Notes under the pieces: model-generated | The model's input: only the letters and a program-made list of their open reading frames with translations | Database searches by the model: none | Told to the model about the DNA's origin: nothing | Source of the DNA: Myxococcota bacterium | Lineage (GTDB): Bacteria > Myxococcota_A > UBA9160 > SZUA-336 | NCBI GenBank assembly: GCA_965247115.1 | Contig: CBDFGR010000002.1 | Coordinates: 896,001 to 960,000, forward strand | DNA: 64,000 nt | Direction of reading: 5' to 3' | Made by a program: the position numbers and the translations under genes | In this document: positions 8,971-18,700 of the stretch, one piece after another | Layout of the letters: every line of letters begins with the position of its first letter | How positions within the stretch are numbered: position 1 is the stretch's first letter

Positions 8971-9849
8971 TCACTTCTTGGTACGGTACTCGGCGCCAAC
9001 GGGACAGACGCGAACGCACTCGTAGCACTGGCCCTGGCTCTGTGCTGAATACGTCATGGACCACAGAGTGCGCGTGAAGAAACTGCTGTAGAGAATCATC
9101 TTGCGCTCCTCCGTATCCTCGGCGTTCAATGCCGCCTCGAGCCCCTTCTGGAAGCCGGGAATCCAGTAGGTGTGCACGCGAGACGTGCAGCGAGCCACGT
9201 CGTAGCTCCGTTCGGCAATCTGACCGTCCTCGATCTTGCCGCCAAGGCAGCCGCCCGACTTGATGGGGCACACGCGAAGACAGGGCGTGGTCCCCTCCGC
9301 TTCCCACATCTCCAGACACGGGGGCGCCGGGCAGGCTGGCGTGGCCTCGGGACCGTCCACGTCGAAGGGAAAGGTGGTCACGATCGCCGCATGGAAGAGC
9401 ATGCCGTACTCGCGATGGAGCACCGGTCCCGCGAGGCTACGCGATCCGCAGCCCGCCTGCCCCGCGGCGTACGCGATGCTCAGGAAGGGTCGGTTCCCCT
9501 TGTTCACACCGGGGGGAACGAACAGTGCGTAGTAGCCGAAGTGGCTCTCGATGAACTTCGCCATCCTGAGCCCGAGGGAGTTGATCCGGTCGCTCGTGCC
9601 CATGGTTTCCTGGTGCTCTGCGAGCGGGCTCACCCAATCCGCGGCTCGCGGCGGGTTCCCTCCGACGACGACCACGCTGCGCGCCCCCGGTAGAAGATCT
9701 CGCGGCCGAAAGCCCTCGGGCGCCTCCGTAAAGGCCTGCGCGTCGGCGACGCCGCAGACGAGCGCCCCACCGTCGAGAGCAAAGGCCTTCAGCTCCCTTG
9801 TGGCTCCGGTCGGATCGCTCTTCGCATCCGTGTGGGCGGCGCGTGTCAT
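8971..9849 (-). CDS. Epoxyqueuosine reductase (QueG)/reductive dehalogenase-like 4Fe-4S protein
   Basis: GVADA..F...P.DLLPGARSVVV, AAGQAGCG, HREYG, CPAPPC..PC..VCP..GGC, RC and CYECVRVCPVG; ATGA overlap with the upstream gene. Confidence 0.8.
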   Translation of the reverse strand: MTRAAHTDAKSDPTGATRELKAFALDGGALVCGVADAQAFTEAPEGFRPRDLLPGARSVVVVGGNPPRAADWVSPLAEHQETMGTSDRINSLGLRMAKFIESHFGYYALFVPPGVNKGNRPFLSIAYAAGQAGCGSRSLAGPVLHREYGMLFHAAIVTTFPFDVDGPEATPACPAPPCLEMWEAEGTTPCLRVCPIKSGGCLGGKIEDGQIAERSYDVARCTSRVHTYWIPGFQKGLEAALNAEDTEERKMILYSSFFTRTLWSMTYSAQSQGQCYECVRVCPVGAEYRTKK

Positions 9850-10605
9850 TTCAGGCGGCGATGCTCCCGTCCCACCGGGCACACGCGCATGCACTCGAAA
9901 CACTGGGCGACGCTCTCCTTGTAGTGGCCCACCGCGGAGAGGGACTGGGTGAAGAAGTCCGAGTAGATCATGGCCTTGCGCCGGGCCGGGTCCTCGTCGC
10001 TCGTGATCTGAACGAGCGCCTTCTGCACGCTCCCCACGCCAAAGTTCATGGCGCGCGCGGTGCAGCGTTCCCGATCGTAGTAGGAGTAGGAGATACCGCC
10101 GTCGTCACCGAGCGCCCCGTCGAGGCAACCACCCTCGTCCTTCGGACACGACGCCAGGCACGGCGTCGTCCCGAGCTCGCGGTACATCTGCACGCAGGGC
10201 GGCGAGGGAACGCGTCCCGAGTCCCGCCAGTACCGCCGCCAGCATCATGCTCATGGGGGGCGTATGGCCCCCCGTCGGGAGCGAAGGCGCCTGGAGCGCT
10301 CCGTACCCGTACTCGCTCTCGATGAAGTCGCACATCACGTGGATCGCGACGTTCTCGCGGAAGTCGTAGCCCGTGATCTCCATCACGCGGTGGTCCGAGC
10401 ACTTCCATGCCCCTGCGGTCGGCCCCTGGTTGCCCGCTACCAGAACGCTCCTCGCCCCGGGCAGCACGTCACCGGGGCGATGCCCTTCCGGGACGAATTC
10501 GTTGAACGCGTCTGCCGGCGCCACGCCGATGACCAGGGCGCCGGCCTTTCGACCCACGTCCTTGATGCGCTCAGTGACGGCTGCCGTGTCGACCATCTCG
10601 GACAC
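9846..10605 (-). pseudogene. QueG/RdhA-like paralogue broken by an internal deletion and frameshift near 10200
   Basis: N-half (...AGLGTRSLA) and C-half (PPCVQMYRELGTTPC...CFECMRVCPVG) are in different frames; about 35 aa present in the neighbouring paralogue are missing. Confidence 0.75.
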
Positions 10606-10626
10606 CGCCCATCTTACCGCCTCCCG

Positions 10627-11622
10627 CTAGAGATGGAGCGGCCAGATTGCGTTCAGCACCAGACCGAGGGCGAAGAGCCCTCCCGCCTGACGGGTCAGCA
10701 CGAACGCGGCGCTGACGTACCAGAGCGGCCAGACCGAGTAGTTCTCGGGTGGCGTATCGGGCTTTGGCCGGTCGTAGAAACGGAGCGTCTTCCGCAGCCG
10801 CGGTGCGGCCGCGAGCACGAGCAGCGTCCAGATTCCAAGGGTACCGGCCAGGACCAGAGCGATCACTCCGGCGAAGAAGCCAAGCATGAGGCCCTGATTC
10901 ACACGTCTGGAGAGGGGATCACCCAGCAGGACCGGGAGCGTATGGATCCCCTTCTCCCCGTCGAGCTCGATCTTGTCGATGTGCTTGCCGAACAACACGG
11001 TCGTGACGAGCAGTCCGTAAGGGAGCGAGGCTGCCCAGACCCAGCCGGGAAGTTGCCCGGCTGTCACGAAGTACGTGCCCGCGATCATGAGCGGACCCCA
11101 GATGACGAACACCGAGGGCTCGCCCAGACCGTGGTGCTTTAGGCGCAGCGGCGGTGCCACGTAGAAGACACTGAGAAAGAAGCCCGCCAGCGCAAAGGCG
11201 GCGGCCTCCCAGCCGCGCAGCCAGGTCAGTCCCAGCGCCACCCCGACTCCCGCCACGTTCACGACCGCGATCGCCAGAAGAAGCTGAGCTTTCGAGATCC
11301 AACCGGAGAGGACCGGATGTGGGGCGTACAGGGCCCGAGCGTAGTCCGGGGTGTCGACTCCGGACTCCATGTCGAAGTAGTCGTTCATCAGGTTGTTGCA
11401 GGCATGCGCCAGCAGCAGCCCGAGCGCGGCAAGGCACCATGGCAGCAGCTCCGCGTTGCCAGCGGGGATCGCGAGCAGCCCCCCGATCGCGCTCGCGAAG
11501 AACGTCATGGGGAAGACCGACGCCCGCGTCATGATGATCCACTTGGAGACCGTGTCGGCCTCCACCCCCTCGGGCAGATTGGTCGTCTGGAAAGCCGTGA
11601 TCCAGTTCGAGGTCAGAGCCAT
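10627..11622 (-). CDS. menA: UbiA-family prenyltransferase, MenA-like
   Basis: NNLMNDYFD..SGVD, FYVAPPLRLKHHGLGE, KHIDKIELDGEKGIHTLPV; many TM segments. Confidence 0.8.
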   Translation of the reverse strand: MALTSNWITAFQTTNLPEGVEADTVSKWIIMTRASVFPMTFFASAIGGLLAIPAGNAELLPWCLAALGLLLAHACNNLMNDYFDMESGVDTPDYARALYAPHPVLSGWISKAQLLLAIAVVNVAGVGVALGLTWLRGWEAAAFALAGFFLSVFYVAPPLRLKHHGLGEPSVFVIWGPLMIAGTYFVTAGQLPGWVWAASLPYGLLVTTVLFGKHIDKIELDGEKGIHTLPVLLGDPLSRRVNQGLMLGFFAGVIALVLAGTLGIWTLLVLAAAPRLRKTLRFYDRPKPDTPPENYSVWPLWYVSAAFVLTRQAGGLFALGLVLNAIWPLHL

Positions 11623-11637
11623 CGTGCGCCTCTCCCC

Positions 11638-13077
11638 CTAATCCCAGACAGGTGGCTTGCGACCGATCCAGGGCCGGGCGCGCTCCAGCTGTCCGGCAAC
11701 GCGGTACAGGAGCCCCTCGTCCCCGAAGCGCCCTGTGAACATCACTCCGAGTGGAAGCCCGGCGCTGCTCTGACACAACGGCAGCGAGACGGACGGTTGT
11801 CCGGTGGCGTTGAAGATCGGCGTGAACGGCAGGTATTCGAGCATCGGTCGAAAGGCACGCTCGAAATCTCCCTCGTTCGTGTCGAACGTCCCCAGCTTTA
11901 CGGGTGGCAACGCGAGTGTGGGCGTGAGCCAGGCGTCGACGTCCTCGAAGAAGGCCGCGATCTGACGAGACAGCCGCTGGATCATCGAGATCGCGAGCTG
12001 GAAGTCGGAGCCGGAGATCTGCTTACCCCGCTCGTAGAGGCCCCACGACAGTGGCTCGAAGAGCTCCGGCGAGGGCGTGCGGCCGAGGGCTCGCGCGGCG
12101 CCGTCGATCCCTGCGGCGTTTCCCACCGCCCAGATGTCCAGAAAAGCCTGCTCGAACGCGTCCACCGAGAACTCCGGCTTGCGTTCCTCTACCTCGTGTC
12201 CGAGCTCGCTGCAGAGCCGCGCGACGTCCCCTGCCGCGGCCGAGCACTCCGAATCGATCTGCCCGCCGCGCAGGTTGCCTGTCCAGCACGCGATGCGGAG
12301 TCGGCCGGGGTCGCGCGAGACCTCTTCCAGATAGGGACGCTCGGGCGGGGGCGCCCAGTACGGATCCCCGACATCGGGACCCGCCGTGCAGTCGAGGACT
12401 GCGGCGCTGTCACGCACCGTGCGGGTGACTACGTGTTCGCAGCCCAGGCCGCCGAGCGAGTCGCCGAGCAGCGGCCCCAGCGGATTCCGCGCCCGCGTTG
12501 GCTTCATCCCGACGAGCCCGCAGCACGAGGCGGGAATCCGGATCGAGCCTCCACCGTCGTTCGCGTGGGCGAGCGGAACGATCCCGGCCGCGACGGCGGC
12601 TGCCGAGCCACCGCTCGATCCACCGGTGGAGTGGTTTGTGTCCCACGGGTTCCGCGCAGCTCCGTAGAGCTGCGGCTCGGTCGTCGGCATGGTTCCTAGC
12701 TCTGGGACGTTGGTCTTGCCGAGCGGGATCAGACCGGCGCGCTTGTAGCGGACGACGAGCTCGGCATCCTGCGCGGCGACGGAGCCCTGCATGAAGCGAC
12801 TTCCGAGCGTCGTGGGAACGCCCTCGTGATCACCCAGGATGTCCTTGAGCAGGAACGGAACGCCCTGGTACGGTCCGCCAGCGCGGGCTGCTGGCTGACT
12901 GGCCGCCCGTTCGCGCGCCAGCTCGTACATTGGTGTGACGACGGCGTTCAGAACGGGATTGTGTCTCCCGATTCGCTCGATCGCTTCTTCCACGAGCTCT
13001 GACGCGCTGACCTCGCCGCGGGAAACGAGCTCTGCCAGGCCCAGCCCGTCGTAGGATGCGAATTCCGAAAACCCCAT
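11638..13077 (-). CDS. Amidase signature family enzyme
   Basis: [49 protein letters not shown]. Confidence 0.95.
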   Translation of the reverse strand: MGFSEFASYDGLGLAELVSRGEVSASELVEEAIERIGRHNPVLNAVVTPMYELARERAASQPAARAGGPYQGVPFLLKDILGDHEGVPTTLGSRFMQGSVAAQDAELVVRYKRAGLIPLGKTNVPELGTMPTTEPQLYGAARNPWDTNHSTGGSSGGSAAAVAAGIVPLAHANDGGGSIRIPASCCGLVGMKPTRARNPLGPLLGDSLGGLGCEHVVTRTVRDSAAVLDCTAGPDVGDPYWAPPPERPYLEEVSRDPGRLRIACWTGNLRGGQIDSECSAAAGDVARLCSELGHEVEERKPEFSVDAFEQAFLDIWAVGNAAGIDGAARALGRTPSPELFEPLSWGLYERGKQISGSDFQLAISMIQRLSRQIAAFFEDVDAWLTPTLALPPVKLGTFDTNEGDFERAFRPMLEYLPFTPIFNATGQPSVSLPLCQSSAGLPLGVMFTGRFGDEGLLYRVAGQLERARPWIGRKPPVWD

Positions 13078-13139
13078 GCGCACCTCCTCCGCGCCAGTCT
13101 GAGCCGAAGGGCGCAAGCCTTCAAGCAGCTTTGGCAACC

Positions 13140-13439
13140 GTGACTCCCCGCTGGCCCGCTCCCGCGTATCGCGTCTACCTGACGCTCGGGGCGAGCTCGG
13201 CGTTCTTCTTCTCGACCTACAGCACGCTCTCGGCCATCTACCGCATCCAGCAGGCGGGCCTCGACCCGCTCCAGCTCGTGCTGGTGGGAACCGCGTTCGA
13301 GCTGAGCACCTTCCTCTTCGAAGTGCCGACCGGAGTCGTGGCCGACACCATCAGCCGTCGCCGCTCGGTGATCATCCTGATCATGCCCGCCGTCGTGCTC
13401 TATGCGTGGGGAGCCCGGCGATCGGCTGACCGGCGGTAG
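13140..13439 (+). pseudogene. Internally deleted MFS transporter (TetA(P)-like)
   Basis: AYRVYL...GLDPLQLVLVGT.FE...FEVPTGVVAD.ISRRRSVII is joined directly to a C-terminal-type tail; only about 99 codons. Confidence 0.7.
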
Positions 13440-13472
13440 GCCTCGCACGACTCGGGTGATACGATCGCGCGG

Positions 13473-14105
13473 ATGTCGGCGCCGATCGAACAGAGGCTGA
13501 ACCGCTGGCTGAGTGAGGAGCACGGGATCGAGGAGCCCCGTCGCGTCGTGCGCGCCAGTAGCGAGCGTATCCTGGTCTCCAAGGTCGCGCCCCACTTCGC
13601 GTTGGACCTGTTCCAGCTGGTTGAGCTCACGCCCGAGCTGTTCGAGGAGGCACACGTGATCGAGGCCTGCGCAGCTCGGGCTCGACGTGCCGATCCCGCA
13701 ACTCCGCGCAGCGAGAACTGGCGTTCCGCCCTGCACACGCTGCTCTCCCAGCTCGGAACGCTACGGGGGTTGCCCGACGACCGCCTCGCTGAGATACGCG
13801 TGGGGATCGACTCCGTCTTTGCGGTTCTGGAGTCCGTGCTCTGGACGCACCCGCGGCTCGCCGACCGCTACGTGCCGAACGAAGGAGAGATCGCGGCGTA
13901 CCGCGAGTGTGTCACCCGCCTCGATCGCGACCACGGTCTCTTCACGCGTACTTATGGCCAGTTCGAGGGTCGCAGGGTCGAGAACCACTGCCCAGGTGCC
14001 GCGCTCGCGCGCACGCTCCTGGCGCACGCGTGGCGCGCTTGTACGGGCACGCCGGTCCCAGACTCTGGCTCCGAGCACGCGCATACCGAGCCCGCCTGCA
14101 CGTGA
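13473..14105 (+). CDS. Hypothetical protein
   Basis: Host-like codon usage; GTGA overlap with the next gene; no family recognised. Confidence 0.65.
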   Translation: MSAPIEQRLNRWLSEEHGIEEPRRVVRASSERILVSKVAPHFALDLFQLVELTPELFEEAHVIEACAARARRADPATPRSENWRSALHTLLSQLGTLRGLPDDRLAEIRVGIDSVFAVLESVLWTHPRLADRYVPNEGEIAAYRECVTRLDRDHGLFTRTYGQFEGRRVENHCPGAALARTLLAHAWRACTGTPVPDSGSEHAHTEPACT

Positions 14106-15355
14106 CCGAGCGGTTGCCGGCAGCAGACAGCGAGTCACCCGCTGGAAGCCCGGAGGGTGCGCTCTCCGACCTCGTCATTCTCGAGTGCGTCGGAGGTGTC
14201 GCCGGGGCATTCTGCGGCAAGGCGTTTGCCGACCTGGGCGCCGACGTGATCAAGGTCGAACCGCCCGATGGCGACCCGAGTCGCCGCGACGGCCCGTTCC
14301 CGAACGACGAGCCGCACCCGGAAAAGAGTGGCCGCTTCTTGTACCTGAACGCGAACAAACGAGGCATCACGCTGAACCTCGAGTCCCCGCGGGGACGCGA
14401 CGTTCTGCGCGAGCTAACGCGCTCGGTCGACGCCCTCATCATCGATTGGGCGCCAAAGGCGCTACACGAGGCTGGGCTCGAGTGGGAGCGCCTGCACGAG
14501 GGGAACCCTCGCCTCGTGCAGAGCTGCATCAGCCCGTACGGGCTGACCGGCCCGTACTGCGACTACAAGGGTACGAACCTGACCGCGTACCACGTTGGAG
14601 GGCTGGGCCGCGAGACGCCCTACAACCAGGTGACCGACCTGGAGGCCGAGCCTCCCCTCCTCGGTGGCGGGTTTCAGGCGGAGTTCCTCACGGGCTGGAC
14701 GGCAGCGACGACGTTGCTCGCGGCACTGTGCGCGCGAGATCTGACCGGCACAGGTCAGCTCGCCGACGTGGGGGCGATGGAGTCCGTGGCCAACCTGCTG
14801 AGGGTGACGCTCGCGGCAGCGAGCTACACCGGACGCAACCCGACGCGCGAGAAGGCGGGCTTCGGCTGGGTGCAGCCGTGCAAGGATGGCCATGTGTCGC
14901 TCTCCCCCTTCACGCTCGACCACTGGTTCGCGCGCTTCAAGCAGATGGCGGGCAAGCCCGACTGGGCGGAGGAGGAGGTGTTCGGAAGCCTGCGCAGCCG
15001 GTTGGAGAACGCCGACGTGCTGGAGACGCTGTCAGAGCAGTGGCTCGCCGACCGCTCGCGGAGCGAGGTCTACGAGCTGGCGCTCGAGCACAAAGTCCCC
15101 GGCTTTCCGGTCCAGAGCATGCGGGAGGTGGTGGAGTCCGAGCAGCTGCGTGCGCGCGAGTTCTTTGTCGAGGTCGACCACCCACTTGCCGGTCGCGTGG
15201 AGCAGCCCGGCCCACCTGCCCGCTACTCGAAGACTCCCTGGCAGATTCGGCGTCCGGCACCGCTGCTTGGACAGCACACGCGGGAGGTGCTGTGTGCTGC
15301 ACTGGGGTATACCGGAGCAGACGTGGTTGCACTCCGGCGGACGGGGATCGTGTGA
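14102..15355 (+). CDS. Class III CoA-transferase (CaiB/BaiF), BbsE-like subunit
   Basis: ADLGADVIKVEPP.GD, YLNANKRGITLNL, ISPYGLTGPY, APLLGQHT. Confidence 0.9.
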   Translation: MTERLPAADSESPAGSPEGALSDLVILECVGGVAGAFCGKAFADLGADVIKVEPPDGDPSRRDGPFPNDEPHPEKSGRFLYLNANKRGITLNLESPRGRDVLRELTRSVDALIIDWAPKALHEAGLEWERLHEGNPRLVQSCISPYGLTGPYCDYKGTNLTAYHVGGLGRETPYNQVTDLEAEPPLLGGGFQAEFLTGWTAATTLLAALCARDLTGTGQLADVGAMESVANLLRVTLAAASYTGRNPTREKAGFGWVQPCKDGHVSLSPFTLDHWFARFKQMAGKPDWAEEEVFGSLRSRLENADVLETLSEQWLADRSRSEVYELALEHKVPGFPVQSMREVVESEQLRAREFFVEVDHPLAGRVEQPGPPARYSKTPWQIRRPAPLLGQHTREVLCAALGYTGADVVALRRTGIV

Positions 15356-16566
15356 TGCCACAGCCTCTGGAGGGAGTGCGTGTTGCGGACTTCGGCTGGA
15401 TCCTGGCCGTGCCTCACGCCACCGCATGGCTCGGTTGCCTCGGAGCCGAGGTGATCCACATCGAGTCCATGGCGCGCCCCGACGTGGTTCGCATGTTCCC
15501 CGGCTCGGGGCCAGACGGCCAGGACGGCATTAATCGGAGCGGCGCCTTCAACGGGCTCTCCTACAGCAAGAAGAGTGTCACGCTGGACCTCTCCACCGCG
15601 CGCGGCGTCGAGCTGGCGAAGCAGCTCGTTGCGCGCTGCGACTTGGTGACGGAGAACTTCACGCCCGGTGTGATGAAGCGACTGGGCCTCGACTACGAAC
15701 AGCTGCGGGAGATCAAGCCCGACCTGGTCATGCTCTCCGGCTCCCCTCTCGGACAGACGGGTCCGCAGCGGCGGGCCACCGGCTGGGGGCCGAATACCCA
15801 GGCCTTCGCGGGCCTCCCCTACCTGACGGGCTACGTCGACGGTCCGCCCGTGGGCCTCGGCGGCTTCTATCCGGACTTCATGGTCGGCGTGTCCATGGTC
15901 TTCTCGCTTCTGGCGGCGCTGCGCCACCGCGCCCGCACGGGCGAGGGACAGCACATCGAGCTCGCCATGGCAGAGACGGTCGCCTCGATGATCCCCGACG
16001 CGCTGCTCGATTACACCATGAACGGTCGCGAGCCGACCCGCAGCGGGAACCGTCATCCCGGCATGGCACCTCACGGCGTCTATCCCTGCAAGGGCGAGGA
16101 TAAGTGGGTGGCGATTGCCGTGGCGAACGACGCGGAATGGCAGACGTTGCGCCGTGTACTCGGAGACCCGGAGTGGACCCGAGGCCCAGAGCTCGACGAC
16201 ACCTTTGGCCGGCTTCACCACCAGGAGCAGATCGACGCGGGACTCTCGGAATGGACCCGAGAACGGAGCCACTACAACGTGATGCACGAGCTACAGGCCG
16301 AGGGCATTGCAGCGGCGCCCTGCCTCGACGCACGGGAGCTGGCCGAAGATCCGCAGCTGCGGGCGCGGGGGCTGCTCGTGCAGATCGACCACCCCGAGGT
16401 AGGCGCGCGCGCGGTTGCGGGGCTGCCGGGCCGGTATAGCGACATGGAGTACGCCTACGCTCCAGCGCCGCTGCTGGGCCAGCACAACCACGAGGTGCTC
16501 TGCGGACTCCTCGGGATCCCTGCCGAAGAGCTCGAGGAGCTAACCGAGCAGCAGGTCGTGTTCTGA
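15355..16566 (+). CDS. Class III CoA-transferase, BbsF-like subunit
   Basis: PLEGVRVADF, KKSVTLDL, ENFTPGVMKRLGLDY, YPDF; TGATG coupling. Confidence 0.92.
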   Translation: MPQPLEGVRVADFGWILAVPHATAWLGCLGAEVIHIESMARPDVVRMFPGSGPDGQDGINRSGAFNGLSYSKKSVTLDLSTARGVELAKQLVARCDLVTENFTPGVMKRLGLDYEQLREIKPDLVMLSGSPLGQTGPQRRATGWGPNTQAFAGLPYLTGYVDGPPVGLGGFYPDFMVGVSMVFSLLAALRHRARTGEGQHIELAMAETVASMIPDALLDYTMNGREPTRSGNRHPGMAPHGVYPCKGEDKWVAIAVANDAEWQTLRRVLGDPEWTRGPELDDTFGRLHHQEQIDAGLSEWTRERSHYNVMHELQAEGIAAAPCLDARELAEDPQLRARGLLVQIDHPEVGARAVAGLPGRYSDMEYAYAPAPLLGQHNHEVLCGLLGIPAEELEELTEQQVVF

Positions 16567-16585
16567 GCAGAGTGCTCGCGCCGGC

Positions 16586-17347
16586 TCAGGAGATGCTGCG
16601 CCCTCCGTCGACGTCGAGACAGACGCCCGTCAGGAACTCGGCGTCGTCCGAGGCGAGGAACGCGATCGCCGCTGCGACGTCGCGAGGCTCCGCCAGGCGT
16701 CCCATGGGGATACCGCGGATGAGCGCGGCTCGCGCGCGCTCGGTCAGCGTTTCCGCGCCCGTCGCCCCCTTCATGAAGTTCGTCTCCGCAGCGACGGGAT
16801 TGACCGCGTTCACACGAATCTCGGGCGCGAGCTCGACTGCAAGACCGCGCGTGAGTGTAACCACCGCAGCCTTGGTCGCATTGTAGGCGGTCACGTTCGG
16901 GCGCGGTGCCACGGCACCGATCGACGCCGTGTTCACGATCACGCCAGCTCCGCGAGCCTTCATCACCGGAATCGCGTACTTCGCCCCCAGGTAGACGCCC
17001 TTCACGTTCACCGCGAACACCCGGTCGAACTCCTGCTCAGGTAGCTCTTCGAGCGGCATTCCCAGGTGTGAGAAGCCAGCGTTGTTCACGAGCACGTCCA
17101 GACCATCGAAGCGCCGGACGCTGACATCCACCATGGCAGCCACATCCTCGGAGCGCGAGACGTCGGTGCGGGCGAAGAGTGCACGTCCCCCGTCCGATTC
17201 GATCGCCGCCACGACTTCCTTGCCACCCGCCTCGTCGATGTCGGCCACCACGACCGCCGCCCCCTCGATAGCGAAGCGCCTGGCGATCGCCGCACCGAAG
17301 CCCGAGGCGGCTCCGGTGACGACCGCGACCTTGGACTGAAATCTCAT
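16586..17347 (-). CDS. Short-chain dehydrogenase/reductase
   Basis: TGAASGFG, VNNAG, YNATK. Confidence 0.93.
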   Translation of the reverse strand: MRFQSKVAVVTGAASGFGAAIARRFAIEGAAVVVADIDEAGGKEVVAAIESDGGRALFARTDVSRSEDVAAMVDVSVRRFDGLDVLVNNAGFSHLGMPLEELPEQEFDRVFAVNVKGVYLGAKYAIPVMKARGAGVIVNTASIGAVAPRPNVTAYNATKAAVVTLTRGLAVELAPEIRVNAVNPVAAETNFMKGATGAETLTERARAALIRGIPMGRLAEPRDVAAAIAFLASDDAEFLTGVCLDVDGGRSIS

Positions 17348-17781
17348 CGGGGATCTCGGATCGTCACGGTACCCTGGGCGATCCCGACAAGCCGCCCCTC
17401 GTTCGTCACGTCGATCCTCACGACCGCCATCCTGCGGGTCATGGAGATCACGCTGGCGTCCGCAGCGATGGTTCCCGTGCTCACTGGGGCGAGCAGGTTG
17501 ATCTTGAACTCGGTTGTTGCGGCCCATTGCCCCTTCTTCATGAGCGGGTAGCAGACACAGCCGAGTACGTGATCGCAGACCGCCGAGAGCACACCGCCGT
17601 GGATATTCCCGAAGCCCGTCTGCAGCTCCTCGAAGACGTCCATCTCCACGCGCATCGTGCCGGGGCCGACGTCGACGATGTCGAGGCCGAGATACTTCGG
17701 GAGGCCCGTGACCCGACCAGCGGACTTCAGAAAGGCTTCGGCGATCTTCGCATCGTAGCGGTCCTCAAAGCCCTGACCCAT
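17344..17781 (-). CDS. PaaI-family hotdog thioesterase
   Basis: GNIHGGVLSAVCD, TTEFKINLLAPV. Confidence 0.88.
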   Translation of the reverse strand: MGQGFEDRYDAKIAEAFLKSAGRVTGLPKYLGLDIVDVGPGTMRVEMDVFEELQTGFGNIHGGVLSAVCDHVLGCVCYPLMKKGQWAATTEFKINLLAPVSTGTIAADASVISMTRRMAVVRIDVTNEGRLVGIAQGTVTIRDPR

Positions 17782-17863
17782 TCGATCCTCCTGGGGCGCC
17801 GGGGCGCCGGGACGTTCACGATACCACCACCGGAAGCGCGAGGTGATAGCATGCACTGCGGCG

Positions 17864-18700
17864 ATGACGACGGAGTCGAAAGAAACCGGGCCTCGGCGCA
17901 GCCTGCCTCCCGTAGAGGAGCGTGAGTGGAGGCACGTGCTGTGGGATGTCTCCACAGCGGGCGTGCTCTCGATCGTGCTGAACCGCCCTGAGCGACTGAA
18001 CGCGCTCAACTTCCGCCTGCTGCGAGAGGTGCACCAGCTGATCCAGCACGCCCGGAGCGCGCAGGAGATCCGGGTGATCGCGATCCGCGGCACCGGTACG
18101 CGCTCGTTCTGCTCCGGCGACGACCTGAAGGGCATGGAAGGGGAGCCGGGCGTCGACAGCTCCGCGACCGTGCATCACCCGCTGCTGTCGGCGATTCGCG
18201 AGCTTCCGAAGCCCGTCGTCGCCCTGATCCGCGGCTGGGCGCTGGGCCACGGCTTCGAGCTGGCGAACGCGTGCGACCTGCGCCTGTGTGCAGACGACAT
18301 CGAGGTGGGCGACCACCGGACGACCCGCGCGATCGCACTGAATGGCGGAAGCTCGTGGTTCGTCCCGCGCCTCGTCGGGTACGGACGCGCGCTGGAGCTG
18401 CTCATGACGGGCCGACACCTGAAGGCGCAAGAGGCTCTCGAGTGGGGCTGGGCCACCCGCGTCTGGCCCGTGGACGAGTTCGACAAGTGCGCGGCCGAAT
18501 ACGTCGAGATGCTGGCGCGGCTCCCAACCATCACGGCCGGCGTCTACAAGGACGCGATCGAGTTCTCGGCAAATCACAGCCTGCGCGATTCGCTGGCCCA
18601 CGAGCTCGAGGTCGGCGAGCGCAGCCGGAACACGGAGGACGCGCGGGAAGGCTTCGCGTCCTTCCACGAGAAACGGACCCCCAGCTTCAAGGGCCGTTGA
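17864..18700 (+). CDS. Enoyl-CoA hydratase/isomerase family protein
   Basis: LNRPERLNAL, FCSGDDL, ELANACDLR, EKRTPSFKGR. Confidence 0.9.
   Translation: MTTESKETGPRRSLPPVEEREWRHVLWDVSTAGVLSIVLNRPERLNALNFRLLREVHQLIQHARSAQEIRVIAIRGTGTRSFCSGDDLKGMEGEPGVDSSATVHHPLLSAIRELPKPVVALIRGWALGHGFELANACDLRLCADDIEVGDHRTTRAIALNGGSSWFVPRLVGYGRALELLMTGRHLKAQEALEWGWATRVWPVDEFDKCAAEYVEMLARLPTITAGVYKDAIEFSANHSLRDSLAHELEVGERSRNTEDAREGFASFHEKRTPSFKGR

Noticed and set aside
8971..10605. Calling these genes queG or a respiratory rdhA
   Set aside because: Cys spacing differs from QueG, and there is no Tat signal or rdhB; only superfamily-level support.
13687..16566. 959-aa ORF as one protein (likewise 29721..31622, 18271..19899 and 54988..56268 at full length)
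   Set aside because: Only the C-terminal parts are protein-like; the extensions are stop-poor off-frames over real genes.
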